Shown: positions 46,754-54,931 of the stretch, piece by piece | Layout: each line of letters starts with the position of its first letter | Position numbering within the stretch: position 1 is the first letter of the stretch | Source: a virus | Taxonomy: Duplodnaviria; Caudoviricetes | Strand: one strand, 5' to 3' | Virus record (IMG/VR): IMGVR_UViG_3300015264_000004 | Location: 1-59,661 of that record | DNA: 59,661 bases | Program-made: the position numbers and the translations under genes | The notes under the pieces: generated by a model | What the model saw: only the letters and a program-made list of their open reading frames with translations | Told to the model about the DNA's origin: nothing | Databases searched by the model: none

Positions 46754-47302
46754 CTAACAGTCTCTGAAAATCGGTATTGCCTTGTGATCCTGACGGTTAG
46801 CGGCTGGCCGCCACGTTGAAAACATAATATTCTCGTCTCTGTCGAGTACATACACTTTATCTTGTTCGTGTCTGCGCTCTGCTATCTTTATAGCTATCGC
46901 AATGGCGTCAGGCTGGCTCAGGCTGACCGCTTTGTCGTAACGTGGCGTAAAGTTATAATCAGATGTCGGCACGAAGTCAGTAGCAACATAACCGCATTGT
47001 AGGGTATCCCACACTGTATATGTAGGCTCAGGCTGCGGCGACAAAAAACCAGAGCCGTACATCTGTGCCAATACCCTGCGCTTTGTTTCCTGGGCTATGG
47101 CATTAATCACGTTAAATTCGCCTGTCGTTTTAATTAACTCCTGTGCTCCCGACAGGGTTTGACCCTGTTTAACCAGTTCCTGACGGACAGGCCCCGCAAT
47201 CCTTTCGTATTCTGCCATAAACTTCTGATAATCGCCTGCGCAGGCTTGTATTGCTGCGTTGTAGTCACCAATACCCTGATTAATTCCTTTTATCGTTGTC
47301 AT
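46754..47302 (-). CDS. early-region hypothetical protein
   Basis: RBS ACAGGAGC before the ATG at 47302. Confidence 0.7.
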   Translation of the reverse strand: MTTIKGINQGIGDYNAAIQACAGDYQKFMAEYERIAGPVRQELVKQGQTLSGAQELIKTTGEFNVINAIAQETKRRVLAQMYGSGFLSPQPEPTYTVWDTLQCGYVATDFVPTSDYNFTPRYDKAVSLSQPDAIAIAIKIAERRHEQDKVYVLDRDENIMFSTWRPAANRQDHKAIPIFRDC

Positions 47303-47324
47303 GGGTTGCTCCTGTGTTCGTGAT

Positions 47325-47540
47325 CTAAAAATTGACATTCAAACCTGCGGCTGGATTAACCCAAATAGGCAAAGTGGGGAAATCCGTTTGATACTCCGTT
47401 GCTATCTCTACAGCCTCGTCTGACGTTCGTACTATGTCATACATTTTAACGGAGCCGTTTATAATCGCGGCCACTTGATACCCTGGCTGATTTCCTTGCG
47501 GTTTGCCGACTTCGATTCTGTTTCCTGGCATTGTATTCAT
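47325..47540 (-). CDS. early-region hypothetical protein
   Basis: RBS ACAGGAG, follows the repeat copy at 47576. Confidence 0.65.
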   Translation of the reverse strand: MNTMPGNRIEVGKPQGNQPGYQVAAIINGSVKMYDIVRTSDEAVEIATEYQTDFPTLPIWVNPAAGLNVNF

Positions 47541-47611
47541 TGTCGTAACTCCTGTGTGATCTAGGGTCACACATATTATCGTCGCGGGTCAAAATAACTT
47601 TACGGTTATTT

Positions 47612-47860
47612 TTAATTATTTTGCGGATAGAATTCTATTGTGATCCTTTGCGCATTACGGCCCTGAGCCTTGCCTAGTGTTTCGTCAGGCTTTCGATTGT
47701 GATCTATCGTCAAATAGAGGCTCCCGTCGCCATTATCTTCTAACCTGGCAGAATCATTCTCGACATCAATAGGCAGGCAATAGCCTTGCGTCAAGGCCCA
47801 TTGCAGAGGGGCCTCTGTGGCCCCGTGTTTCGTGTTGCCGATATAAATGTAATAGGTCAT
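47612..47860 (-). CDS. early-region hypothetical protein
   Basis: RBS GGGAGC. Stop abuts a repeat. Confidence 0.65.
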   Translation of the reverse strand: MTYYIYIGNTKHGATEAPLQWALTQGYCLPIDVENDSARLEDNGDGSLYLTIDHNRKPDETLGKAQGRNAQRITIEFYPQNN

Positions 47861-47872
47861 GCTTGGCTCCCG

Positions 47873-48034
47873 TTAGAAACTTTCAAGTTTCTGTCGTAGT
47901 TCCTCTAACAAATCGTATTCGGCTGCCTGAAACGTGGTTTCAATTTGCGCATGGATCACAGGATAGAGGGCCGTTTGCCTTTCTGTGATAATCGCAAGCG
48001 CAGCCTGTATTCTTTTTTCTGCGTCTGTGTTCAC
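47873..48034 (-). CDS. early-region hypothetical protein
   Basis: GTG start after ACAGGAGC. Confidence 0.6.
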   Translation of the reverse strand: MNTDAEKRIQAALAIITERQTALYPVIHAQIETTFQAAEYDLLEELRQKLESF

Positions 48035-48059
48035 TGTATTTGCTCCTGTGCAGCCTGCC

Positions 48060-48320
48060 CTATGCGCTTTTTTCGAATTTATCAAGGGCCTCGATTATTC
48101 GGCTGTCAATTTTGATTGCGGTTTGTGAATACTCGTCAGCGGATTCATGATCCTGTACCGCAAGCGCTTTCATGCCTCTGGTTCGATTCAAAGCATAGCG
48201 CGATAGCTTGCCAACTATTTCCGCCATGTCGTTTGCTTCTGCGGCCGTGCCTCGACAATCAAAGGCATGTAACAATTCGTTTATCTTCAGTGTGAAATTC
48301 TCTTTTTCCTGCGTTGTCAT
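48060..48320 (-). CDS. early-region hypothetical protein
   Basis: ATG after AAGGGAGC. The TTG start in the ORF track is the -35 box. Confidence 0.7.
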   Translation of the reverse strand: MTTQEKENFTLKINELLHAFDCRGTAAEANDMAEIVGKLSRYALNRTRGMKALAVQDHESADEYSQTAIKIDSRIIEALDKFEKSA

Positions 48321-48384
48321 GTTCGTGGCTCCCTTGCTCCGATAATTCCTTACACTGGTATTATCGGAGCCTGTCAAAATAACT

Positions 48385-48942
48385 TTACAGTGTCGCCATT
48401 AATTTTTTGAATTTTGCTTCTGACGTAAACTTAAAGTTAACGTAAATACGGGCAGGGTACTGATTAAACAGGAGGCCCTTGCACGAACAATTGATTATCA
48501 TATCCTGTTCAATCCTGACTGTCAGGCCCTTTACCGTACCGCTCAGGTCAAACCGACAATGGTTATAATCTCTAACCGTGACATCGGACAGCATACCAAT
48601 CTTACTGTTTATCTTCGCTAACCAGTTATCAATAGAATCCTGAGCGAATTCAACGGCCGCAGCCTCGACTTTGGCGTCAACTAACCGATAACCTTTCGTG
48701 GCCCGAATAGCATCAATACCGGTCAGGGTTTCGTCTACAACATAGGTTTCTGTCAGTGGGCGGATAGTGTTAGCGAAAAATGAATAGTCGGGGCTATTGT
48801 ATACGCTCTTGAATCCGTTGTTTGCCTCTGTCATCGTTACACCGTAGTCAGCAACCAAACGGGCCATGCCTGCGTTAACTCTATTGATAAACATTTCCTT
48901 AAATAAGGGCCTTCGTGATTCCAATGCCTCTGTAATCGTCAT
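48385..48942 (-). CDS. early-region hypothetical protein
   Basis: ATG after ACAGGAGC. TAA stop lies inside the repeat. Confidence 0.75.
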   Translation of the reverse strand: MTITEALESRRPLFKEMFINRVNAGMARLVADYGVTMTEANNGFKSVYNSPDYSFFANTIRPLTETYVVDETLTGIDAIRATKGYRLVDAKVEAAAVEFAQDSIDNWLAKINSKIGMLSDVTVRDYNHCRFDLSGTVKGLTVRIEQDMIINCSCKGLLFNQYPARIYVNFKFTSEAKFKKLMATL

Positions 48943-49044
48943 GTCCGTTGCTCCTGTTTCTGTAATCTCATAACCAATCATAGTAAGGTTATCGGAGCCT
49001 GTCAAAATAACTTTACACTTATTTTTAGGATCACAAAAATAATT

Positions 49045-49908
49045 TTATAAGAGCGGTACGCCATCGGCGCGCATGACCTGAGCAACCTTTACCAAATACG
49101 GCCCCAATACGCAGGGCCCTAATGTTCTATGCAATTCCTCGTCAGATGTATCCTTTGCACCGTCGGCACGAAGTCGGCCCCGTATAGCCTCTAAAAATTG
49201 CATACCATTAGCGCGCAAGCTATCGACTTCGCCACGGTTCAATAATTCGTTTTGTGTGACTGCAATCATATACTGCGCTTGGTTAACTTCTGCCCTGGCA
49301 TTGTCGGTCAGTCTTTCGACATAACCATAGGAGTCACTTATCACGCGATTATACGACCGAATAAGGCTGCCAAGATAGGCCGTCGGCATTGCAATCATAT
49401 CCTTTATTTGCTCTGCGTATGCCTGTAATCCTGCGTCAATAGGACTCAAAACAGAATTGCAAGGCTCAGGATCACATGCCGCTACTTTTCCAGTTTCTAC
49501 GGCTGCGGCCGTTGCTTTGTTAATCAGGATTACAAAGGCAGGAGTTAGCACGGCCTGACCTGCCATTAATGCGCGCAATTCTTTATCGTCGCCGCTGCGC
49601 ATCATGTAGTCTGCCCATTGGTTAGTTTTTGCAATTGCCTCTTTTTTGTTCGTGCCTGACGTGCCGATTTTCATACCCGTTGCAACTTCGGTTATGACCC
49701 AATAAAAATATTTAGGATTCGGGCAGGGCCGTTTGGCAATGCTCAAAAATAAGAACGGCGCGCTATTAAGAGTTACGGGCGACGATATAGCCGTAATATC
49801 GACATATCCGTCACGGCCCTGATTACTGTATACCTTTTTTGTGCGCTGATAATAGCCCAGGGATTCATAAAACGCTTTTTGTATCGGTGTCATTATCGCG
49901 TATAACAT
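49045..49908 (-). CDS. early-region hypothetical protein
   Basis: Promoter repeat plus ACAGGAGC RBS. Confidence 0.75.
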   Translation of the reverse strand: MLYAIMTPIQKAFYESLGYYQRTKKVYSNQGRDGYVDITAISSPVTLNSAPFLFLSIAKRPCPNPKYFYWVITEVATGMKIGTSGTNKKEAIAKTNQWADYMMRSGDDKELRALMAGQAVLTPAFVILINKATAAAVETGKVAACDPEPCNSVLSPIDAGLQAYAEQIKDMIAMPTAYLGSLIRSYNRVISDSYGYVERLTDNARAEVNQAQYMIAVTQNELLNRGEVDSLRANGMQFLEAIRGRLRADGAKDTSDEELHRTLGPCVLGPYLVKVAQVMRADGVPLL

Positions 49909-49989
49909 GTTTGTTGCTCCTGTTCAATCAAGATAATTCAAGCTTACATAAGTTATCGGAGCCTGTAAAGATAACTTTACAATTATTTT

Positions 49990-50259
49990 TCAGACTTCAA
50001 AGCTTGCCCAAAAAGAGGGAGCAAACAAACCTGCGTTGTAATCAGAGGATGTAATTTTTTCAATTATCGTGGTGTCAAACCAGTCATTAGGCAGAAGTGT
50101 CAAAACACATGTTCCCTCGCATTGCTCTGCCCGCCTACCCGCTAACTCTGCGCTGACCTGCCATGTCAGGTCAGCCTTATAGTTTGCCTGTATAATTGTT
50201 ATCGGTGTACCGAATCTGTCGGCCGTTTGCTGCGCTTTGTCTATTTTTTCCGGTGTCAT
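49990..50259 (-). CDS. early-region hypothetical protein
   Basis: Leader nearly identical to that of 52127..52414. Confidence 0.7.
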   Translation of the reverse strand: MTPEKIDKAQQTADRFGTPITIIQANYKADLTWQVSAELAGRRAEQCEGTCVLTLLPNDWFDTTIIEKITSSDYNAGLFAPSFWASFEV

Positions 50260-50339
50260 GTTGTTTGCTCCTGTCGTATTAAGATAATTCAAGCTTACAT
50301 AAGCTATCGGAGCCTGTAAAGATAACTTTACAGTTATTT

Positions 50340-50951
50340 TTAATAATCATCGCGTCTATCGGCTAATAGGTGACTAAAGCGCTTGCGTGCCTCTGGTGTA
50401 TCAAACGAATAGACCCGTAAGCGCTGCGTGGTAATGGCCCTGACCTGTCGGGAATCCCGCCACAAACTAGCCTGATAATCGTCGGATAGTTTACGCCACG
50501 AAGGCCGGCCCCACTTATCAGAGGGAATAGTTTGCGGTACTCGCATGTTTATCCTGGCATGTAAAGCTTTCCATGCGCCATGTTCGAATTGGCTCCTGTC
50601 TAAATATACGCCATAGGTAGGATTAATTTGCCTATAGCCTGACGCAAACGCTTTGCGGGCCGTCTTAATGTAGACAACATACTTTCCTTTGTCGGGCAGG
50701 CTTTGAATTGACTGCGGCGCGCAACGCGCTAATGACCTGACCCTGAGTTGACGGTTATTGCCAAGTCGGTAGATCATAGGTTGCACGGTGTAGGCTTTCG
50801 CGTTATTCTCTGCGCAATCATCGGCCGTCAGAATAAACTTTGCATCGTTGCGGCCCCGTACAAGTTGCGAAACAGAATAGATCATACCGTCATCACCAAT
50901 AACTTTGTCGGTAATGCTCAGGTCAGCAATGCGGATTAATGCAATATTCAT
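50340..50951 (-). CDS. early-region hypothetical protein
   Basis: RBS AAGGGAGC. Stop abuts a repeat. Confidence 0.7.
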   Translation of the reverse strand: MNIALIRIADLSITDKVIGDDGMIYSVSQLVRGRNDAKFILTADDCAENNAKAYTVQPMIYRLGNNRQLRVRSLARCAPQSIQSLPDKGKYVVYIKTARKAFASGYRQINPTYGVYLDRSQFEHGAWKALHARINMRVPQTIPSDKWGRPSWRKLSDDYQASLWRDSRQVRAITTQRLRVYSFDTPEARKRFSHLLADRRDDY

Positions 50952-50953
50952 GG

Positions 50954-51304
50954 TTATGCTCCCTTTTCCTGAAACTGGAACACTCTGTCATGTGGGGCCT
51001 CTAATAATCCTGTCATGCGCAGGATCACTACAGGGTACCCTTTACCGTTGCATGCCTTACACTCGACAGGAAACATGCGCTTGCGCTTTGTATACTTTTT
51101 GCCATGGCCCTGGCATACCGGACAGGCTTGTTTGATTTGTATTTTGCTGACTTTCATGCCAGCCTCCAAAGTCAGATAATAGTTGACCGACTTTTCCAGT
51201 TCCTTTCGGGCCTCTGAAACAGTCGCCGCGCCGCTATGGATTGCAGATTCGTGCCCTGTGATCCTGCCAAAGTCAACTTCTACCGAATAACGCCATAATT
51301 CCAT
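50954..51304 (-). CDS. early protein with DnaJ-type CxxCxGxG zinc motifs
   Basis: CPVCQGHG and CKACNGKG. Confidence 0.7.
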   Translation of the reverse strand: MELWRYSVEVDFGRITGHESAIHSGAATVSEARKELEKSVNYYLTLEAGMKVSKIQIKQACPVCQGHGKKYTKRKRMFPVECKACNGKGYPVVILRMTGLLEAPHDRVFQFQEKGA

Positions 51305-51380
51305 GTCTGTTCACTCCTGCGCTTCAAAATTCCTTACACTGGTATTATCGGAGCCTGTAAAGATAACTTTACAGTTATTA

Positions 51381-51773
51381 TCAGTCAGATGCAAAATAAT
51401 TTGCTTTAGCGCGCTGCGCATGTAAACAAACGGGGCCACAGACTCTATGCTGCAATTTCCCTGAGCAATGCCATGCGCCATGATACACTCCTGCCAATAC
51501 AAGTAGGCTTGCCTCTGTTATCATGTGATCCTGGGCCTCTGGATTCCACAGACGCGCTGCGGCGCGCAATTCTCTTATTAGTTCCCACAATAGGAAATGC
51601 GCAGCCTGTTTAATTGCCATGTGTTGCGTCAGTCTATCGTCAAAACGGATAATGCGGCCCTCTGTCAACTCGACAAGTGTAGCAACTCTGACCTGACGGC
51701 CCGTGCCCGTCTTAATATTGTAAGGCCGTATGTCTTTTATTCCGGCCTGAGCCTTAAAGTCTATTAATCCCAT
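51381..51773 (-). CDS. early-region hypothetical protein
   Basis: RBS AGGAGC. Stop abuts a repeat. Confidence 0.6.
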   Translation of the reverse strand: MGLIDFKAQAGIKDIRPYNIKTGTGRQVRVATLVELTEGRIIRFDDRLTQHMAIKQAAHFLLWELIRELRAAARLWNPEAQDHMITEASLLVLAGVYHGAWHCSGKLQHRVCGPVCLHAQRAKANYFASD

Positions 51774-51790
51774 GTCAGGCTCCTATTCTT

Positions 51791-52096
51791 TTAGAGTTTA
51801 GCAGATTGCAACGGTTTGCCTAGTGATCTAGCCAAGCCGCAAGTAACATGGTCAGCAGGCGACATGCCGCAGGCACGAACACACACATGGCCCCGTTTGT
51901 CCGTACGAATCCCTGCGTATGTTGCTATGGATTTGCTAATGTCGAGAATACGGCCCTGAAAAACAATAAAGAACGAACAGAATTTTGTCATGTCCGTAAA
52001 ATGGTGTACCACGCAGTAAATAGTATCGTCATCGGCCAAAATGCTACGCAGATAACTTTCTGAATTCGTTTTCATTGCTGGTGTAATTTGGTTCAT
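51791..52096 (-). CDS. early-region hypothetical protein
   Basis: RBS GAAAGGA after a partial repeat. Confidence 0.7.
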   Translation of the reverse strand: MNQITPAMKTNSESYLRSILADDDTIYCVVHHFTDMTKFCSFFIVFQGRILDISKSIATYAGIRTDKRGHVCVRACGMSPADHVTCGLARSLGKPLQSAKL

Positions 52097-52126
52097 GTTC
52101 GTTTCCTTTCGTCGGTCAAAATAAGT

Positions 52127-52414
52127 TTACAGGGTTTCCTCTGGTACTACATAGGCCTCTTTTGGGTCAGGGTCACCATAAGCGGATTCTATGCGCTTGC
52201 TACACTCGTCGCAATACAGGTCATTATCTTCATAATTGACATCGGCGGCCACGATGTCAGATGTTTTACAAACGCTTGCCTCTTCTGTGTTCGCGCAGTC
52301 AGGGCAGAGTACAGAACTTCTACTGTCGAGGTAAAAAATCGGGTATCCGCCCGGCCATGCGAAACTCTGTAATTTGCCATTATCATTCCTTGGTAACTCT
52401 GGTTTGCCTGTCAT
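52127..52414 (-). CDS. early-region zinc-binding hypothetical protein
   Basis: AWPGGYP.FY...LCPDC...LYCDEC..IESAYG. Stop lies in the partial repeat. Confidence 0.75.
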   Translation of the reverse strand: MTGKPELPRNDNGKLQSFAWPGGYPIFYLDSRSSVLCPDCANTEEASVCKTSDIVAADVNYEDNDLYCDECSKRIESAYGDPDPKEAYVVPEETL

Positions 52415-52482
52415 GTTGTTTGCTCCTGTCGTATTAAGATAATTCAAGCTTACATAAGTTATCGGAGCCTGTCAAAATAACT

Positions 52483-52776
52483 TTACAGGTATTTTAATGA
52501 CAGGTCAGAACTATTCCATGTTAATCCCGCGTCGTGCCTTTCTTTGGCATGTTTAATGCATTCGCGCAGAGTAGCATGGCCCCTTTCGTTATAATGGCAC
52601 AGACTTGATAGGTAATGATACGGCCTGCCATCGGTCCCGCCGTATCGACTTATTCTGATACTGTCATTTTTATATCTCAAGTATCGGTCATAATGATGAC
52701 TAATTGTTATGCCGTATGGGGCATGGCCTTGATAATACTGTTTTGTTAGATTCCAGTCTGTTCTATGTTTAAGCAT
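52483..52776 (-). CDS. early-region hypothetical protein
   Basis: The last codons and TAA are supplied by the repeat. Confidence 0.6.
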   Translation of the reverse strand: MLKHRTDWNLTKQYYQGHAPYGITISHHYDRYLRYKNDSIRISRYGGTDGRPYHYLSSLCHYNERGHATLRECIKHAKERHDAGLTWNSSDLSLKYL

Positions 52777-52869
52777 TATCCTATTCCTTTGTAGTCTCAA
52801 TGAATTACTTATATCTGGGTTATCGGAGCCTGTAAAGATAACTTTACAGTTATTTTTGACTTTCGTTAA

Positions 52870-53601
52870 TTATTTTTCGTCTCTACGTTGTATTAATCCT
52901 GGGCTATAGGTTGCATGCCGGCCACAGTATAATCGGGCAGTACAGAGGCCCTCGTTTGTCAGACCCGAAGTTGCAAGGCAGTACCCATGCGATATATTTT
53001 CGTTTTCGTTTGCGGGCCTGCGCTTCCACTCCGTTTCATATGCCCTGAGCCTGACCGCTAATTCCTGACGATAGGCAAGGGCCGCAGGATCACATGCAAA
53101 GTTATCATCTGCGCATGGTTCGTATGACCTTGAGGGCAGAGCAAACGACATGACCCAAACGATTAATTCATTAGCCGACATACTGACCTGCCTTGCCTTT
53201 CGTTCGCCGGCCTTGCGTATGAAAAAGGTTTTGGTTGTTCGGGGCCGCGTCTGCAATGCCTCTATTGTAAATGCCTGACCATGTTCGTCGGCAACTTCTA
53301 CGGCCTGACCTGCCCGAAGCCTGCCAATAATTTCCTTGGCGTCAACTTCTGTCATACGCTCAGTATACACTGTCGAGGCTCCCAGGTTAGCTATTCTTAT
53401 CTGTAGTTCCTCTGAAACTAGCTTGCGGTTTGCCTCGACTTGTACAGTAATAATGATTTGGTCGTTTACATGCATGCCTGCCCAGGGCCTTGCAATTATT
53501 TTGTCGAGTACATGAGGATACATGAGTAAGTCGAAAGTGTATGACGGGGCTAATAGTTCCCTGCGTTCGACTTCTGTTAGTCTATCCCAAATAGTTTCCA
53601 T
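52870..53601 (-). CDS. early-region hypothetical protein (first gene of the array)
   Basis: Promoter repeat at 53646, RBS ACAGGAGC. Confidence 0.7.
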   Translation of the reverse strand: METIWDRLTEVERRELLAPSYTFDLLMYPHVLDKIIARPWAGMHVNDQIIITVQVEANRKLVSEELQIRIANLGASTVYTERMTEVDAKEIIGRLRAGQAVEVADEHGQAFTIEALQTRPRTTKTFFIRKAGERKARQVSMSANELIVWVMSFALPSRSYEPCADDNFACDPAALAYRQELAVRLRAYETEWKRRPANENENISHGYCLATSGLTNEGLCTARLYCGRHATYSPGLIQRRDEK

Positions 53602-53705
53602 GATATGCTCCTGTTAATAAATTCCTATACCTAGTTGTATTACTGCTATCGGAGCCTGTCAAGATAACTTTACAGGTATTTTTCACTGCCCGCAAGTAAA
53701 CAATC

Positions 53706-53822
53706 GTGACAATTATTACGATTTGTATAATTATCACGATTATTATAGCTATTACAATTGTGACGATTGTTACAATTGTTATGTTTGTTATATCTATTAC
53801 GATTTGGACATTTGTTACAATT
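53706..53822. repeat. 13 degenerate 9-bp tandem repeats (RTTACRATT)
   Basis: GTGACAATT ATTACGATT TGTATAATT ATCACGATT ... GTTACAATT in unbroken register. Confidence 0.85.
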
Positions 53823-53876
53823 CAGACTTTTTCCGATTTTTCAATTTTTTTTTATAGATTCTCTCGCACATGTTAC

Positions 53877-53936
53877 CATGGCCCGTTTTGTGTACGAAAG
53901 TACGAACATGGCGCGGTTTGTGTACGAAAGTATGCT
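53877..53936. repeat. two 30-bp tandem repeats
   Basis: CATGGCCCGTTTTGTGTACGAAAGTACGAA / CATGGCGCGGTTTGTGTACGAAAGTATGCT. Confidence 0.85.
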
Positions 53937-53943
53937 CCCTGGG

Positions 53944-54912
53944 CTATAACGCCAAGGTAATTACTCTGCCGTCGCATAATTTCCTTTGATTGTGTGCCAT
54001 ACCCTGCGGTCGAGGATGCGCGCAATTCTTATAGCCGCATCCGCAGGCCGTACAGTCAGGATCAAAGATTTTTTCCGGGCTGTCAGTTCCGGCCTCGTCT
54101 AACTCAGGCCCGTTTTGTGTACGGTCATCGGAATTAACGGTCGCTATGTACGATACAAGCGCATCCTTCAGCCCGCTAACACCTTTAGGTTCTTCTTCGG
54201 TCTGTACAGGGGTTTCATCAAGCCAATGTTCTCTACGCCAATCTGATAAGCGCATCCTGAGTTGTAATTCACTCTCAGGTGATAAATGTAGCTCATGCAC
54301 ACCCCGAAGATAAAATGCAAGCCAGCGCTCCCGGAAACGTTCGTCAGGATGCATGTAGCCAAGTATCTCAGTCGCATGCAGTAACTTCATAATGAAATGA
54401 TGTGGAATGTTATCAAGATTCTTATAGAAGTCGTCAACTTCGGTTTCCCAGGCAAGATTGCCCGCGAATGATCGTAATGACATGAAATCGTCAACGTGTT
54501 CGCCGTACTCTATCATCCTGCCAAACCGGGCAGCAACTAACACCGTTGCACGATAGGCCCGTTGTACATTTTTGCAGGGATGATATTTTTGCGCGCCGTC
54601 GGGGCCGCGAGTTGCCAGCAATAGGACAGACTGTTGTTGCACGGTCAGGTATCGACACCAGACAGGCTGTACCGATACTATTGACGGTAAATTCTGTATT
54701 GGTAGGTCATCCCTGCCTTTAGTCTTTGTTGCACGTACTCCGTTAGTGCATACATCCGCAGGCCGCCAAATGTACGTACAATAATCGCAGCGGTGGCTAC
54801 GATGCGGTCTGTTAATCCAATTCTGTTCCGGCTTGTCTTTGTCAATGTGTTGCCTGAAACATAACGGACAAAACAGGATCATATCAATAACTAACTCAGT
54901 GGCTGGTGTCAT
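53944..54912 (-). CDS. hypothetical phage protein (Zn motif plus helical domain)
   Basis: CPLC..QHID...PHRSHRC..C and RGPDG...HHF..H..EILGY.HP, RBS GAAAGGA. Confidence 0.75.
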   Translation of the reverse strand: MTPATELVIDMILFCPLCFRQHIDKDKPEQNWINRPHRSHRCDYCTYIWRPADVCTNGVRATKTKGRDDLPIQNLPSIVSVQPVWCRYLTVQQQSVLLLATRGPDGAQKYHPCKNVQRAYRATVLVAARFGRMIEYGEHVDDFMSLRSFAGNLAWETEVDDFYKNLDNIPHHFIMKLLHATEILGYMHPDERFRERWLAFYLRGVHELHLSPESELQLRMRLSDWRREHWLDETPVQTEEEPKGVSGLKDALVSYIATVNSDDRTQNGPELDEAGTDSPEKIFDPDCTACGCGYKNCAHPRPQGMAHNQRKLCDGRVITLAL

Positions 54913-54931
54913 CTGCTAAATCCTTTCAATT

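Larger units (their letters stand above)
47576..53682 (-). repeat. dispersed ~35-bp promoter/cassette repeat array
   Basis: Minus-strand consensus AAAATAACTGTAAAGTTATYTTKACAGGCTCCGATAA at about 47576, 48361, 48989, 49953, 50304, 51345, 52459, 52820 and 53646, with a partial copy at 52114. Confidence 0.95.

Noticed and set aside
2501-49005. Shared N-terminus MTGSDN in ORFs 2501..2842, 48060..48377 and 48385..49005 as a peptide signal
   Set aside because: It is the -35 TTGACA read as a TTG start. The true starts follow downstream RBSs.
47576-53682. CRISPR array
   Set aside because: Intervals are about 350-1100 bp and contain genes. The repeats are promoters, and there are no cas genes.
47576-53682. 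Classical integron with attC sites
   Set aside because: No IntI or other tyrosine recombinase is encoded and there are no long attC hairpins. The repeats carry promoters, unlike typical cassettes.
53706-53960. Plus-strand Ile/Thr-rich membrane protein
   Set aside because: By-product of the 9-bp repeat, with no RBS and opposite to all other genes.
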